From the NCBI GenBank assembly GCA_016783425.1, contig JADHWP010000001.1:7272-71271 (forward strand): a stretch of 64,000 bases of DNA, written 5' to 3'. A program made the position numbers and the translations under genes. The notes beneath the pieces were generated by a model. That model was not told the origin of the DNA. It was given only the letters and a program-made list of their open reading frames with translations, and did not search any database. Positions 48,364 to 58,627 of this stretch are shown here, piece by piece (within the stretch, counting starts at the first letter, position 1; the number at the start of each line of letters is the position of its first letter). This DNA is from Candidatus Shapirobacteria bacterium (GTDB lineage: Bacteria > Patescibacteriota > Microgenomatia > UBA12405 > BS750m-G30).

Positions 48364-49377
48364 ATGTATCAAGATCTTCATACCCACACTATTCTTTCTG
48401 ACGGCTTAACCACCTATAAGCAAACTCTGGATATTTGCGTTCAAAATAATATCTCTGTGGTTGCTTTTACGGATCATGATTTAGTCCCCGGCAAAAAAGA
48501 GCTAAAAATCCTGAATAATTTGAGAAGCCATCAGACCAAGTGGATAGCGGGGGTAGAGATGAGTACTAATATTGCCCAACATCATATAGTGGGCTTGTTT
48601 GTTGATCCTGTTAACAAAGCCCTAATTAAACAGGGGCAAACTATCATTCAGGTACGCCTGGAAAGATTGGCGAAGCTGGTTAAAAATATTCGTCAACTGG
48701 GTTTTAATTTAACAAAAAAGGAGTGTTTAAGCGAAGCAAGCGGGGAGGTAGTTCGGCGGCCTCATATAGTAGCCGCTTTGCTGAAAAAAGAAAAAAACAT
48801 TCAACTTGTCAAGCAATTAATTAAAAAGTTTAAAAAGGAAAGCGGGAAAAACGCTGTTTTAAAAGAAAAATATTTACGCATGGAGAAACAAATGAAGGCG
48901 GAAAAAGATAATCCCTATCGTCAGCCGGTTTACGCTTTGTTTTTGTCTTCCGGCGCTTTTATTAAAGGAGTTTATGTTGGAAAAAAGATGGCTTTAAATC
49001 TTGATGGTAATGTTAAGCTAATTCGTAATGCGGGCGGAGTGGCTATTTTAGCCCATTGGTCGGAGTGTAAAGATAAGCTTCCTATTGAAGCGGTAGAAAA
49101 AATGTTTAAAAAGGGTCGGATTGACGGGGCGGAAATTGTTTATGATTTTTACCGGATTGGGATGGGTGAAGAAAAAGAACTAAGAGCGGAACAAAATCAA
49201 ATTAAAAAATTAGTCAAAAAATATAATCTTTTAGCCAGTGGCGGGAGTGACGCTCACTCGGCCGAGGGTTTGGTTCGTTTTGCCAGAAACCCCTGGGCGG
49301 CAAAGCAAACAGTTGGCTTAGTTGAGAAGATGTTGATTAAAAAGAGGGGATTGTTTAGAGGTTGGTCAACCGTATAA
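48364..49377 (+). CDS. PHP-domain phosphoesterase (TrpH/YciV-like)
   Basis: DLHTHTILSDG, FTDHD, GVEMST, RPHI, GGSDAH. Confidence 0.9.
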   Translation: MYQDLHTHTILSDGLTTYKQTLDICVQNNISVVAFTDHDLVPGKKELKILNNLRSHQTKWIAGVEMSTNIAQHHIVGLFVDPVNKALIKQGQTIIQVRLERLAKLVKNIRQLGFNLTKKECLSEASGEVVRRPHIVAALLKKEKNIQLVKQLIKKFKKESGKNAVLKEKYLRMEKQMKAEKDNPYRQPVYALFLSSGAFIKGVYVGKKMALNLDGNVKLIRNAGGVAILAHWSECKDKLPIEAVEKMFKKGRIDGAEIVYDFYRIGMGEEKELRAEQNQIKKLVKKYNLLASGGSDAHSAEGLVRFARNPWAAKQTVGLVEKMLIKKRGLFRGWSTV

Positions 49378-50030
49378 TGAGTAGTTTCTTGAGTACGGTT
49401 ACCGGAATTATTCAAAAATGGGGTCCTTGGGGTGTATTTGGGGCGGGGGTTGTTGAGCAGATAATTGTTCCTATTCCTTCCCCGATTGTACCCATGGGCG
49501 GAGGCTTTTTCCTGGTTGAAAAAAACATTGCATTAAAAAAAGCGATTGAGCAGGTGTTTTTTAAGGTTGCTTTGCCTTTTTCTTTAGGTTCCACTTTGGG
49601 TTCAAGTCTGGTTTTTTTGTTGGCCTTTTTTGGCGGCGCTTTTTTAATTAATAAATTCCAAAGGTATTTGGAATTTGACTGGAAAGATATTGAGCGGTTT
49701 AAAAAGCGGTTTTTTAAAGGCAAGGTGACGGACGAACTGCTGATTTTTGTTTTTATGGCTATTCCCATTATCCCCTCGTCTTTTATTTCCGCTGTTTGCG
49801 GCGCCATTAGAATTAAAATGAGTGATTTTTATTTTTTTACTTTTTTAGGACTTTTAACCCGGGGCCTGATTTTGGGGTTTTTTGGCTGGTGGGCGGGGGA
49901 GGCTTATTGGGAAATGGCCGAAGGCGTTAATCAAATAGAAAGCTTGGTTTTTTTATTTTTTGGATTGTTGGCATTTGCTCTTTTGGTTTGGGGATATCTA
50001 AAAAGAGATAAGTGGTTAAAAAAGTGTTAA
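49377..50030 (+). CDS. DedA/VTT-family membrane protein
   Basis: EQIIVPIPSPIV..GGF, AIPIIPS, FTFLG..RG. Confidence 0.85.
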   Translation: MSSFLSTVTGIIQKWGPWGVFGAGVVEQIIVPIPSPIVPMGGGFFLVEKNIALKKAIEQVFFKVALPFSLGSTLGSSLVFLLAFFGGAFLINKFQRYLEFDWKDIERFKKRFFKGKVTDELLIFVFMAIPIIPSSFISAVCGAIRIKMSDFYFFTFLGLLTRGLILGFFGWWAGEAYWEMAEGVNQIESLVFLFFGLLAFALLVWGYLKRDKWLKKC

Positions 50031-50039
50031 AATACACCC

Positions 50040-50213
50040 ATGGCAAAAAAAGGAAATAGATTAATTTTAGGCTTACTCTGTTCGGTTTGTAATAATTTTA
50101 ATTATATTACCGAGAGAAACAGAGTAAACACCACGGAAAAGTTGAAGATGCAAAAATACTGCAAAGCCTGCAAAAAGAAAACCGAGCATAAGGAAACAAC
50201 GAAGTTGAAATAG
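50040..50213 (+). CDS. rpmG: 50S ribosomal protein L33 (Zn-ribbon type)
   Basis: Not in the ORF track; translates MAKKGNRLILGLLCSVCNNFNYITERNRVNTTEKLKMQKYCKACKKKTEHKETTKLK. Confidence 0.95.
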   Translation: MAKKGNRLILGLLCSVCNNFNYITERNRVNTTEKLKMQKYCKACKKKTEHKETTKLK

Positions 50214-50221
50214 CTAAAAAG

Positions 50222-50292
50222 GGGCCCGTAGTATAGTGGCAGAATGCCGCCATGGCATGGCGGAGACGGGGGTTCAACTCCCCCCGGGTCCA
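50222..50292 (+). tRNA. tRNA-Ala (GGC), CCA not encoded
   Basis: Acceptor GGGCCCG/CGGGTCC with G3:U70; anticodon arm CCGCC-ATGGCAT-GGCGG. Confidence 0.92.
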
Positions 50293-50362
50293 CTCTTCGC
50301 TCTTAAATTTCTTGTCCCTAAATACTAGATACTATATACTAACTACTAGCTACTTAAAACCC

Positions 50363-50433
50363 AGGCCCGTAGTGAAATGGTATCATCAGGGTCTCCAAAA
50401 CCCTTGTTTCAGGTTCAAATCCTGACGGGCCTG
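50363..50433 (+). tRNA. tRNA-Trp (CCA), 3' CCA not encoded
   Basis: Acceptor AGGCCCG/CGGGCCT; anticodon arm AGGGT-CTCCAAA-ACCCT. Confidence 0.92.
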
Positions 50434-50555
50434 CTGATATAGTTTGGTATAGTTGACAGGATAGGTTTATTAGGTTAAAATACAATCACTAAAACCTCCT
50501 GCAAGAGCGCAAGCTGTTTGCAGGATTTTTTTGGCAAACAGTGTATACTTAAAAC

Positions 50556-50816
50556 ATGAACCAAAAGCGCTGTTTCGTTCTCATTGATGGCAGTAATTTT
50601 TACTTCAAGCTTAAAGATCTAAAACTTCACAACTTGCTAAAATTTGATTTCTCCGGTTTTGCCAAAATACTGGCCGGAAAAGACAAAATAGTTAAATCTA
50701 TTTATCATATCGGCGCCGTGAGAACTGACGGCACCAAAAAAGCCAGTAAAATGCACGCCGATCAACAAAAACTATTGAGTATATTGGCTTTTCTCACCAA
50801 CCCAGCTTGGCAATGA
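50556..50816 (+). pseudogene. Truncated NYN/LabA-domain nuclease
   Basis: VLIDGSNFY N-terminal motif, but the ORF ends before the KGVD and SGDSDF motifs. Confidence 0.7.
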
Positions 50817-50966
50817 TTGCTAATTGTACAAAATCAAGACTTTTTAAAAAAGAGGGCCTTTTATCTTTTGTTCAAACTGATTGATATTGGTATTCAGGAG
50901 TCGCTAGGTCATTCAGGCTTTCCAAAAATGAGGTTCTAACATAGTCCACCAGGGCCTTTTTGCCCC

Positions 50967-51001
50967 TTGACAAACCCCCCTATGGGGGGTATTGTATAAA
51001 T
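50967..51001 (+). promoter_or_regulatory. CsoR-type operator overlapping the promoter
   Basis: TTGACA followed by palindrome ACCCCCC-TAT-GGGGGGT directly before csoR. Confidence 0.8.
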
Positions 51002-51002
51002 T

Positions 51003-51293
51003 GTGAAGATGAGAAAGGGAGAGAAGAATAAATTAATTGCCAATCGGATGAATTATTTAACCGGGCATTTAAAGGCCAATCTTAAGATGTTGAAAGGAGG
51101 CCGTTATTGCATTGACATCATCCGCCAAAACCAGGCCGTTATTGCCGCTTTAAAGAAGGTTAATGAACTTATTTTAAAAGAGCATTTGGACACTTGTGTA
51201 ACCACAGCTATTAGGGGTAAGAGCGAAAAGGATAGGAAAAAAGTGTTGGAAGAAATAGTTTTAGTTTTTAAAGAAGGAGAAAGTGGAAAGTAG
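51003..51293 (+). CDS. csoR: CsoR/RcnR-family metal-sensing repressor
   Basis: GRYCIDIIRQ...ILKEHLDTCV (C-H-C ligands). Confidence 0.9.
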   Translation: MKMRKGEKNKLIANRMNYLTGHLKANLKMLKGGRYCIDIIRQNQAVIAALKKVNELILKEHLDTCVTTAIRGKSEKDRKKVLEEIVLVFKEGESGK

Positions 51294-52467
51294 GAAAATG
51301 ACGAAAGTAAAAAAAGTAAGATATCAAGCCAAGGGAATGCGCTGCCCTTCTTGCGAGCCTTTAATGGAAGAAAAGCAACCAACTAATCTATGGCTTGTTT
51401 TGGTAATTTCCCTTTTCCTTATTGCGACTTTTATTCTGTTTAATAAAAGCGGCCTAGCCGCTTTAGTAAGCGTAAATTCTGCTTCTTCTTTGCCGGTTTT
51501 CCTTATCTTTGGGCTGCTGGCGGGGTTTTCTACTTGTGCGGCTTTGGTGGGGGGAATTGTTTTGTCGATGAGTAAAAAATGGTCTAATTCTTATCAACCC
51601 CATCTTTTTTTCTACTTAGGCCGAGTCCTTTCCTACCTTGTTTTAGGGATGGCTTTAGGAGCAATCGGAAGCATTTTTCAACTTTCAGCTCTTTTTTCTT
51701 CGCTGCTTACTTTTGCAGTAGCCTTATTAATGATTATTTTAGGATTACAGATGGTGGGAATAAAATTACCTGGTTCTTTTCAGTTAGGCTTGCCTAGGTT
51801 TTTTACCCGCTTGGTCGCCAAAAAAATTGATTCTAATAATGGCTATTTTCCTTTTTTAACCGGGGCCTTAACCTTTTTCCTTCCTTGTGGGTTCACTTTG
51901 ACCGTTCAGGCTTTAGCAATCGTTTCCAGAAATCCGATTCAGGCAGGATTAATGCTTTTAGTTTTTGCCCTGGGAACCTTGCCTTCTTTGCTTTTAATTA
52001 GCTTTTCTAGCTTAAAGTTTCTAGAAAAACCACATTTTTCTAACGTTTTTTTGAAGGTAGCCGGGGTTTTAGTTCTCTTTTTTGCTCTTTATAATACTAA
52101 TTCTCAACTTAATGCTTTGGGTTTAAGGAGCTTGAGCGATTGGGGCTCTAGACCTGTTAATGGGGCAGAAAGTGGGCTAGCTCCTATAGTTTCTGGTAAG
52201 CAAGTTTTAAAAATGGAGGCTTTTTCTTCCGGTTATCAGCCTAATTATTTTAGGGTTAAAGCTGGGGTTCCGGTTCGGTGGGAAATTACTGATCAAGGAG
52301 TAAGTGGCTGTACTAATGCGGTCATTTCCAAAGGACTTTTTTCGGGGCAAATTGATTTAGGAGGAGGCAAGGTAAGTATTAAAGAGTTTACTCCTCAAGA
52401 ACCAGGAAGTTATAAATTTAGCTGTTGGATGGGGATGGTTTCCGGAACAATTGAAGTAGAGATATGA
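51283..52467 (+). CDS. DsbD_2/TauE-like membrane protein with HMA remnant and C-terminal cupredoxin domain
   Basis: [39 protein letters not shown]. Confidence 0.82.
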   Translation: MESRKMTKVKKVRYQAKGMRCPSCEPLMEEKQPTNLWLVLVISLFLIATFILFNKSGLAALVSVNSASSLPVFLIFGLLAGFSTCAALVGGIVLSMSKKWSNSYQPHLFFYLGRVLSYLVLGMALGAIGSIFQLSALFSSLLTFAVALLMIILGLQMVGIKLPGSFQLGLPRFFTRLVAKKIDSNNGYFPFLTGALTFFLPCGFTLTVQALAIVSRNPIQAGLMLLVFALGTLPSLLLISFSSLKFLEKPHFSNVFLKVAGVLVLFFALYNTNSQLNALGLRSLSDWGSRPVNGAESGLAPIVSGKQVLKMEAFSSGYQPNYFRVKAGVPVRWEITDQGVSGCTNAVISKGLFSGQIDLGGGKVSIKEFTPQEPGSYKFSCWMGMVSGTIEVEI

Positions 52468-54467
52468 AAAAGAAGGCGGTTTTGCGAATTTCGGGCCCGA
52501 CTTGCGCTTCTTGTGTGACTTCAATTGATCAAGGTTTGGGCAAGTTTAAAAAACGTTTTTTGATCTCTTTATTTTTAAGCTTACCCCTTTTTTATTTAGC
52601 TATGGGCCCGATGATTGGCCTTCCTGCTCTTCAAACTCCTTTAGCTATTAGCGCCTTAATTCAATTATTAACAGCCACCGCCATTATTCTGGCTAATATT
52701 CAAATCTATTCTTCTGGTTTAAAAAAGCTGGTCCAAAAAAGTCCAAACATGGATTCTTTAATAGCGATTGGCACTTTGTCCGCCTACTTTTATAGCTTAG
52801 CGATTAGCTTAAGCCTTTGGTTTGGCAATAAAGCAACTGAAGAAGCTCATTTTTATTTTGAAAGTGCCGCTTTTATCTTGGTCTTTATTTCCTTGGGCAA
52901 ATATTTGGAAGCCTTAACCAGGGGCAAAACCAGCCAGGCGGTTAAAAAATTAATTGGTTTGGCGCCTAAAACAGCCACTGTTGTTCGCGGGAAAAATGAA
53001 CTAACTGTTCTGATTGCTCAAATTAAGGTGGGGGATATTGTTTTAATCAAACCCGGAGAAAAGATTCCCGTGGATGGAATAGTGATTTCTGGTTATTCGG
53101 GAGTGGATGAGAAAGCAATTACCGGAGAAAGTATTCCGGTGGAAAAAAAAGTAGGAGATACAGTAATTGGAGCGACCATTAACCAAACAGGAACGCTAAA
53201 AGTTAGAATTACCAAAGTAGGGACAGAAACAATGCTTGCCCAGATAATTAAGGCAGTGGAGGAAGCAGTTTCCTCTAAAGCCCCGGTCCAGCTTTTGGCA
53301 GACAAGGTGGCGGCTTGTTTTGTGCCAGTAGTAATGATCATTGCTCTTTTATCAGCCGGAATTTGGTTGTTGTTAGGCCAACCCTTTACCTTTTCTTTAA
53401 CAGTTTTTCTTAGCGTTTTAATTATTGCTTGTCCTTGTGCCTTGGGTTTGGCTACTCCTACCGCCGTAATGATGGGAACAGGATTGGCTGCCCAAAGTGG
53501 AATATTGATTAAAAGCAGTAAAGCTCTGGAAATGGCTCAAAAAGTTAATTTAGTAGTTTTTGATAAAACCGGAACTTTGACCGAAGGCAAGGTTTTAGTA
53601 ACTGGAATACTGGGAAATAATAAAAACAGGGTTTTGCAACTAGCTGCTTCCTTGGAGAAAAAATCAGAACATCCTTTGGCCCAAGCGATAGTGAGTAAAG
53701 CTAAAGAGGAGAAGATAAAGCTCCTGGAAGTGAAAGCTTTTCAAGCTTTTCCGGGCAGGGGAGTGGCAGGAAAGATTGAAGGACAAAAAGTATTAGTAGG
53801 GAAGCCCAAGTGGCTAAAAAGTAAGCTTGGCAAGAGTTTGGAAAAACAAGGAAAAACAGTGGTGGTCGTCTCGGTCGGGAAAAAAGTAATCGGGGCGATT
53901 GCTCTGGCCGATACTTTGAGGCAAAACTCCAGGCAGGTAGTAACGGAGCTTAAGAAAAGAGGGAAAAAAGTGGCTTTGCTTACCGGAGATAATCGCTGGG
54001 TAGCCAGAGAAATTGGAAAACAGCTGGGAATTACCCAAATTTCTTCTGAGGTTTTGCCTCAGGAGAAATCAGCAGAAATCAAAAAATGGCAAGAAAAAGG
54101 AATGGTCGTGGCAATGGTGGGGGACGGAATTAATGATGCTCCGGCGCTAGCTCAGGCTGATTTAGGCATTGCCTTGGGCTCGGGAACGGACATTGCTTTA
54201 GAAACCGGGGAAATAGTGTTAATTAAAAATGATCTTCAAGAGGTAATCAAAGCGATTGATTTGAGCCAATACACTTTAAGGAAAATAAAACAAAACCTCT
54301 TTTGGGCTTTTCTTTACAATATCATCGGTATTCCAATTGCCGCGGGAATTTTTTATCCCTTAACCGGTTGGCTGCTTAATCCGGTTTTAGCCGCCGCGGC
54401 GATGGCCTTTTCTTCGGTCAGTGTTGTTTCTAGCTCGCTTTTAATGAGAAGGCTTAGGCTAGACTAA
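52464..54467 (+). CDS. copA: Copper-translocating P1B-type ATPase
   Basis: [31 protein letters not shown] and MAFSS. Confidence 0.95.
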   Translation: MKKKAVLRISGPTCASCVTSIDQGLGKFKKRFLISLFLSLPLFYLAMGPMIGLPALQTPLAISALIQLLTATAIILANIQIYSSGLKKLVQKSPNMDSLIAIGTLSAYFYSLAISLSLWFGNKATEEAHFYFESAAFILVFISLGKYLEALTRGKTSQAVKKLIGLAPKTATVVRGKNELTVLIAQIKVGDIVLIKPGEKIPVDGIVISGYSGVDEKAITGESIPVEKKVGDTVIGATINQTGTLKVRITKVGTETMLAQIIKAVEEAVSSKAPVQLLADKVAACFVPVVMIIALLSAGIWLLLGQPFTFSLTVFLSVLIIACPCALGLATPTAVMMGTGLAAQSGILIKSSKALEMAQKVNLVVFDKTGTLTEGKVLVTGILGNNKNRVLQLAASLEKKSEHPLAQAIVSKAKEEKIKLLEVKAFQAFPGRGVAGKIEGQKVLVGKPKWLKSKLGKSLEKQGKTVVVVSVGKKVIGAIALADTLRQNSRQVVTELKKRGKKVALLTGDNRWVAREIGKQLGITQISSEVLPQEKSAEIKKWQEKGMVVAMVGDGINDAPALAQADLGIALGSGTDIALETGEIVLIKNDLQEVIKAIDLSQYTLRKIKQNLFWAFLYNIIGIPIAAGIFYPLTGWLLNPVLAAAAMAFSSVSVVSSSLLMRRLRLD

Positions 54468-54543
54468 GCCTTTAGGGCTAGCGGGTAATTAAAACTGGTG
54501 ATTGGCAAAAGACCGAAAGTTAGTTTAGAATAGATTAGGTAAA

Positions 54544-55665
54544 ATGTTTACAGCTAAAAAGCTAGTTATTTATCTTTCTCGGGACAGGCTTAAGGTGGGC
54601 TGGGTAATCTTGGGCCGAGAACCCAAGCTTGCCGGGGTAAAGGAGTATCCTTGGAAAGAGAAAAAGCTAGCCGAAGCGCTAGCAATAGTTAAAACAGATT
54701 TTAAATACGAAAAGGTTTGGGTCGTACTTTCGGATACTTTAAGCTATACTTTGAGATTTGAAGTGCCGGAAACCGAGAAAGATGTCCGGGAGTATGTGGC
54801 TGGTAAGGTGGCGGAAGGGATTCCGGAGATCTTGGAAAATGACTATTGGGATTACAAGGTTACCGAAAAAAGTAAAAAGGGCAAGAAGGTAGAAGTTTTT
54901 GCCCCTGTTAAAGATTTACTGGTGCAATTGAGTCGAGCAGCCAAAAAAGTGGGCTTGGAAGTAGAAGTAATCGAGCCCGCTTCTTTATCCGCTACTCGGC
55001 ATCAGGAGCCGATGATAGGAGTAGCCATGAAAAAAGATATTCAGGGCAAGGATGAGGAAGTCTTAAATGTTGAACCACCAAAAGTTGTGGTGGTGGAAGA
55101 AGAAGCCTGGTCAAAAGAAGAAGAAAAGGAGGAGGAGAAAAAAGAAGAAGATAGTGGGGAAGTAGTTGAAACAATACCTGTTTTTTCGGAGAGCAAAAAG
55201 AAATTGCCGGTATTTTTAATTATTTTAATTTTAACTGCCGGAACAATTGGAGTTTTTTTACTTAGTCGGGTGATAACTAAAAAACAATCTCAAATTGAGC
55301 CTGTTGCGATTCCAACTCTGGCTGAAGAACCCACTTCCACGCCAGAGCCGGAATTAAGCAGGGAGGACTTAATTATTCAAGTTCAAAATGGAACCGGCGA
55401 GCCGGGAGCGGCAGGAGAAGGACAAGATCTTTTAGAAGGCCTAGGCTACCGGGAAGTGGAAACCGGCAACGCTCCTTCTTATAGTTATAAGGAATCGGAA
55501 ATTTCTTTGAAAGAAGAAAAAGCCGCCTACTTTGATTTGCTTTTTGCGGATTTAGGCGTCGAATATTTGGTTAGTTCGGAATCTTCAGTTTTGGATGAGG
55601 ATTCGGACTATGACGCAGTTATTATTTTAGGGGAAAGGGCTGAAGAAGAGGAAGTAGCAGAGTAA
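54544..55665 (+). CDS. Membrane protein with LytR C-terminal-like domain
   Basis: Single TM helix, then IQVQNGTGEPGAAG...GNA...DAVIILG; N-terminus loosely PilM-like. Confidence 0.75.
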   Translation: MFTAKKLVIYLSRDRLKVGWVILGREPKLAGVKEYPWKEKKLAEALAIVKTDFKYEKVWVVLSDTLSYTLRFEVPETEKDVREYVAGKVAEGIPEILENDYWDYKVTEKSKKGKKVEVFAPVKDLLVQLSRAAKKVGLEVEVIEPASLSATRHQEPMIGVAMKKDIQGKDEEVLNVEPPKVVVVEEEAWSKEEEKEEEKKEEDSGEVVETIPVFSESKKKLPVFLIILILTAGTIGVFLLSRVITKKQSQIEPVAIPTLAEEPTSTPEPELSREDLIIQVQNGTGEPGAAGEGQDLLEGLGYREVETGNAPSYSYKESEISLKEEKAAYFDLLFADLGVEYLVSSESSVLDEDSDYDAVIILGERAEEEEVAE

Positions 55666-55834
55666 AAAAGATTTGACAATTGCTCAAGCAGTGTTTTATA
55701 CTCAAGTTGTTATTGGTTTTTTAGGGAAAGTTGGAAAGATTGACTTTTTGGCAGATAACCTTTTTGGACTCCAGCAGTATTCTTTCGAAAATGACTTTTT
55801 CAAAATAAATTTATAAGAGGGGGTGAGATAATTA

Positions 55835-56245
55835 ATGGCACCAATTAAACTTTATGTAGGTAATTTACCCTGGTCGGCAACCTCGGACGATTTAGGACAG
55901 AAATTTTCTGAAGCCGGAACTGTAGTTTCCGCGCAAGTGGTTACCGATCGTTACTCTGGTCGTTCCCGCGGTTTTGCTTTTGTGGAAATGGAAACTCAAG
56001 AAATGGCGGATAAAGCGATCGAGATGTTCAATGGCAAAGACCTTGATGGCCGGGAAATTGTGGTTAACATTGCCCGACCCAGGGAAGAAGGGGCAGAAAC
56101 AGGAGGTCAAAGCATGACTCCGCCTCCCGCTGATGATCAAACGGATCAACCGGTTGTGGATGATCCAGTAGTCGCTGATCCGGTTAAGGAAGAAGTGGAA
56201 GTAGAGCTTCCTGCGGTAGAGGAAGAAGAAAAACCAGCTAAATAA
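55835..56245 (+). CDS. RRM RNA-binding protein with acidic tail
   Basis: RNP2 LYVGNL, RNP1 RGFAFVEM. Confidence 0.95.
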   Translation: MAPIKLYVGNLPWSATSDDLGQKFSEAGTVVSAQVVTDRYSGRSRGFAFVEMETQEMADKAIEMFNGKDLDGREIVVNIARPREEGAETGGQSMTPPPADDQTDQPVVDDPVVADPVKEEVEVELPAVEEEEKPAK

Positions 56246-56260
56246 AAAAAGTTGGAAACT

Positions 56261-56292
56261 AAAAATACCCCCTTTTTAGGGGGTATTTTTTT
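56261..56292. terminator. Bidirectional intrinsic terminator
   Basis: aaaaataccccc-tttta-gggggtattttt-type hairpin between convergent RRM and tRNA genes. Confidence 0.75.
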
Positions 56293-56368
56293 GGAGCCTG
56301 GAGTGGGATTCGAACCCACGACCTCGAACTTACCAAGTTCGCGCTCTTGCCGACTGAGCTATCCAGGC
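56292..56368 (-). tRNA. tRNA-Thr (GGT)
   Basis: GCCTGGA acceptor, CGAAC-TTGGTAA-GTTCG, CCA end. Confidence 0.95.
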
Positions 56369-56385
56369 ATTGCAACGGGCAAGTT

Positions 56386-56445
56386 TACCAACTGACCCGC
56401 CTGCCAAAGCTTGAGCTTGGCGATTGCGGGCAGGGCTACCTGGGC
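56386..56445 (-). pseudogene. tRNA 5' remnant interrupted by a 39-bp repeat
   Basis: Minus strand GCCCAGGTAGC[39 bp]TCAGTTGGTA; the insert matches 58238-58276. Confidence 0.6.
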
Positions 56446-56488
56446 AAAACTTTGCTAATTTTATCACAAATTAGGGTAGAATATCTTA

Positions 56489-57199
56489 ATGTCTAAGTTT
56501 AAAGTTAGCTGTATTATTCCTGCCTATAATGAGGTTAAGAATATCAAGAGGGTTTTGGCTCTTTTGGTTAACTTTCCCTTATTAAGCGAAATTATTGTGG
56601 TTAATGATGGCTCAACCGATAAAACGGGAGAAATAGTTAAAAATAATTTTCCTCAAGTTAGGCTAATAATCTTACCTAAAAATCAAGGGAAAGCAGATGC
56701 TTTAATTGCGGGAGCCAAGGCGGCCAAACACCCAGTTTTATTTTTTTGTGACGCCGATTTAATTAATCTTAAAAAAACCCACCTAAATTCCCTAATTAAG
56801 CCGGTGCTTGGAAAAAAAGTAAAAATGATGGTCGGCGCCCAGGAGTTTATGGCTCCTAACCGATTAAGTAAAAAGTGGCGCAGTAAAAACAAAATGAATG
56901 AGTTTTTAAAAGGCTTAGGAGGAGAAAAAGTTCTTTTTAAGAAAGATTTTTTAAAAATTCCCAATATTGAGAATTCTGATTACGGGGTTGAGCACAAAAT
57001 TATCAATTATTTTCAAAAAAACAAGCTTCCTTTTGATTATTTGGTTTTAAAGGGAGTGACTCATCTTCACAAGGTTGAAAAGTGGGGGATTATGGAGGGA
57101 GCGATCAGGGATCTGAACTCTTACTTTACTTTTGCCTGCCAGTTTTTGGAGAAATTGGGAAAAAAAATTAAAAGTTTTTTTGAAAGTAGATTATCTTAA
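56489..57199 (+). CDS. Glycosyltransferase family 2
   Basis: IIPAYNE, VNDGSTD, NQGKA, DAD. Confidence 0.92.
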   Translation: MSKFKVSCIIPAYNEVKNIKRVLALLVNFPLLSEIIVVNDGSTDKTGEIVKNNFPQVRLIILPKNQGKADALIAGAKAAKHPVLFFCDADLINLKKTHLNSLIKPVLGKKVKMMVGAQEFMAPNRLSKKWRSKNKMNEFLKGLGGEKVLFKKDFLKIPNIENSDYGVEHKIINYFQKNKLPFDYLVLKGVTHLHKVEKWGIMEGAIRDLNSYFTFACQFLEKLGKKIKSFFESRLS

Positions 57200-57999
57200 T
57201 TTTCTTCGACCAGATATTTTTTAGCCTTTTGGTAGCTAATACGGAGATACGAAGCCAAGTTTTTCAAAAATTCAGTTTTAGCCCTTTCCCGGTAGCTGGC
57301 AGTTTTAACGGACATGGTTTTTAAAAATATTTCCCAAACTTCTTTGGCAAAAGAAGCAGCCCAGTCCGGCTCTTTTTCCATTTTAAACAAGCGGTCTTTT
57401 TTATTAAAAATAGTGGGTAATACCACGATTTTTTTATCTTTATAAGCTTCATTAAGAATAACTTCTAAACCATAATTGGTTTTTTCAATTTGGGAAATTA
57501 AAGGAAGAATATCTTTTTTTTTCAAACAGCGCTGGCCGGAAAAACGCCAGAGCAAAAAAGTAGAGCCTTTTAAATTAACCGGAATGCCAATGGTCATATC
57601 CGCCTTATTGCTGATTACCGGGTAGATTAAGGTAAAAATATGGTGGTTTTCATAATTCATTAAGTCCGCATCCAAAAAAAGCAAATAAGGATGAGAAGCT
57701 ATTTTTACTCCTTGAGTGATGGCGTAACCTTTGCCTCGGTTTTTAGGAAGATTAACAATCTTAATTTTTTCCCCAAAAGTCCTTAGTTTTTCGAGGGTTT
57801 TGTCCTGGGAGCCATCATTAACTGCAATTACCTCGGCAATGTCTGGGCTTTTTAAGCAAGTGCGAACCATCCCGGCCACAGTTCTTGCTTCGTTGTAGGC
57901 GGGGATAATACAGCTGACTTTTTTATTGCTCACAGCTTGAATTATCTTAAAAAAAGGGGCAATTGTCAAGAAAACCTTGCTTGTAATCTTACTTCTCAA
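57196..57999 (-). CDS. Glycosyltransferase family 2
   Basis: IIPAYNE, VNDGSQD, NRGKG, DAD, SGQR; start uncertain. Confidence 0.9.
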   Translation of the reverse strand: MRSKITSKVFLTIAPFFKIIQAVSNKKVSCIIPAYNEARTVAGMVRTCLKSPDIAEVIAVNDGSQDKTLEKLRTFGEKIKIVNLPKNRGKGYAITQGVKIASHPYLLFLDADLMNYENHHIFTLIYPVISNKADMTIGIPVNLKGSTFLLWRFSGQRCLKKKDILPLISQIEKTNYGLEVILNEAYKDKKIVVLPTIFNKKDRLFKMEKEPDWAASFAKEVWEIFLKTMSVKTASYRERAKTEFLKNLASYLRISYQKAKKYLVEEN

Positions 58000-58049
58000 T
58001 TGTCATGCTAAATCTGTTTCAGCACTTTTTAGTGAGATTATTTCAAAAG

Positions 58050-58360
58050 TCATTCTGATCCCGACGTTACGTCGGGAGAAGAATCTAGCGAAGCCAGGTG
58101 CAACACTGTACCTGGCGAAGCGCAAACACGCTCCCCCGACTAACGTCGGGATTGCTAGATCCCTCCCTCGCCTGCTGGCGGGTCGGGATGACAACCGGGC
58201 CGTCATTCTGACAAATTAACAACCGTCATGCTGAATTCCTGCCCGCAATCGCTAAGCTCAAGCTTTGGCAGGCGGGGTATTTCAGCATCGATCCTGAAAC
58301 AAGTTCAGGATGACGCTAGGCGAGTTCAGAGCCTGCCCCGAATTCATTTCGGGGATGACA
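58050..58360. repeat. Cluster of nested palindromic repeats (GTCAT...ATGAC type)
   Basis: gtcattctga...gaagaatct/agatcc...ggatgac; gtcatgctgaa...ttcagcat; gatcctgaaacaagttcaggatgac; cccgac-N-gtcggg hairpins. Confidence 0.75.
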
Positions 58361-58627
58361 CTTGGCGTGGGCAGTTCAGATGTCAAAAAAGGGTGACAAT
58401 TGAGACGTTAAGCTACAATTCTAACTGGCGGTGTGCTTTCGAAAAAATTCGAACTGATTTCGCCCAAAATTTGTAGGGCGGGCGGAATTTCCCCCAGATC
58501 CCCCTTCCGCCCGCCGCACCTGTCCGCCTCTGGCGGAGAAGCGACCCTTTCGGATTGGACGATTTCAAGTTTTTCGTTCCGCTATAAGCGGAACTCTGGG
58601 CTTCGCCCAGTTTGGCGGCAAATTCTT

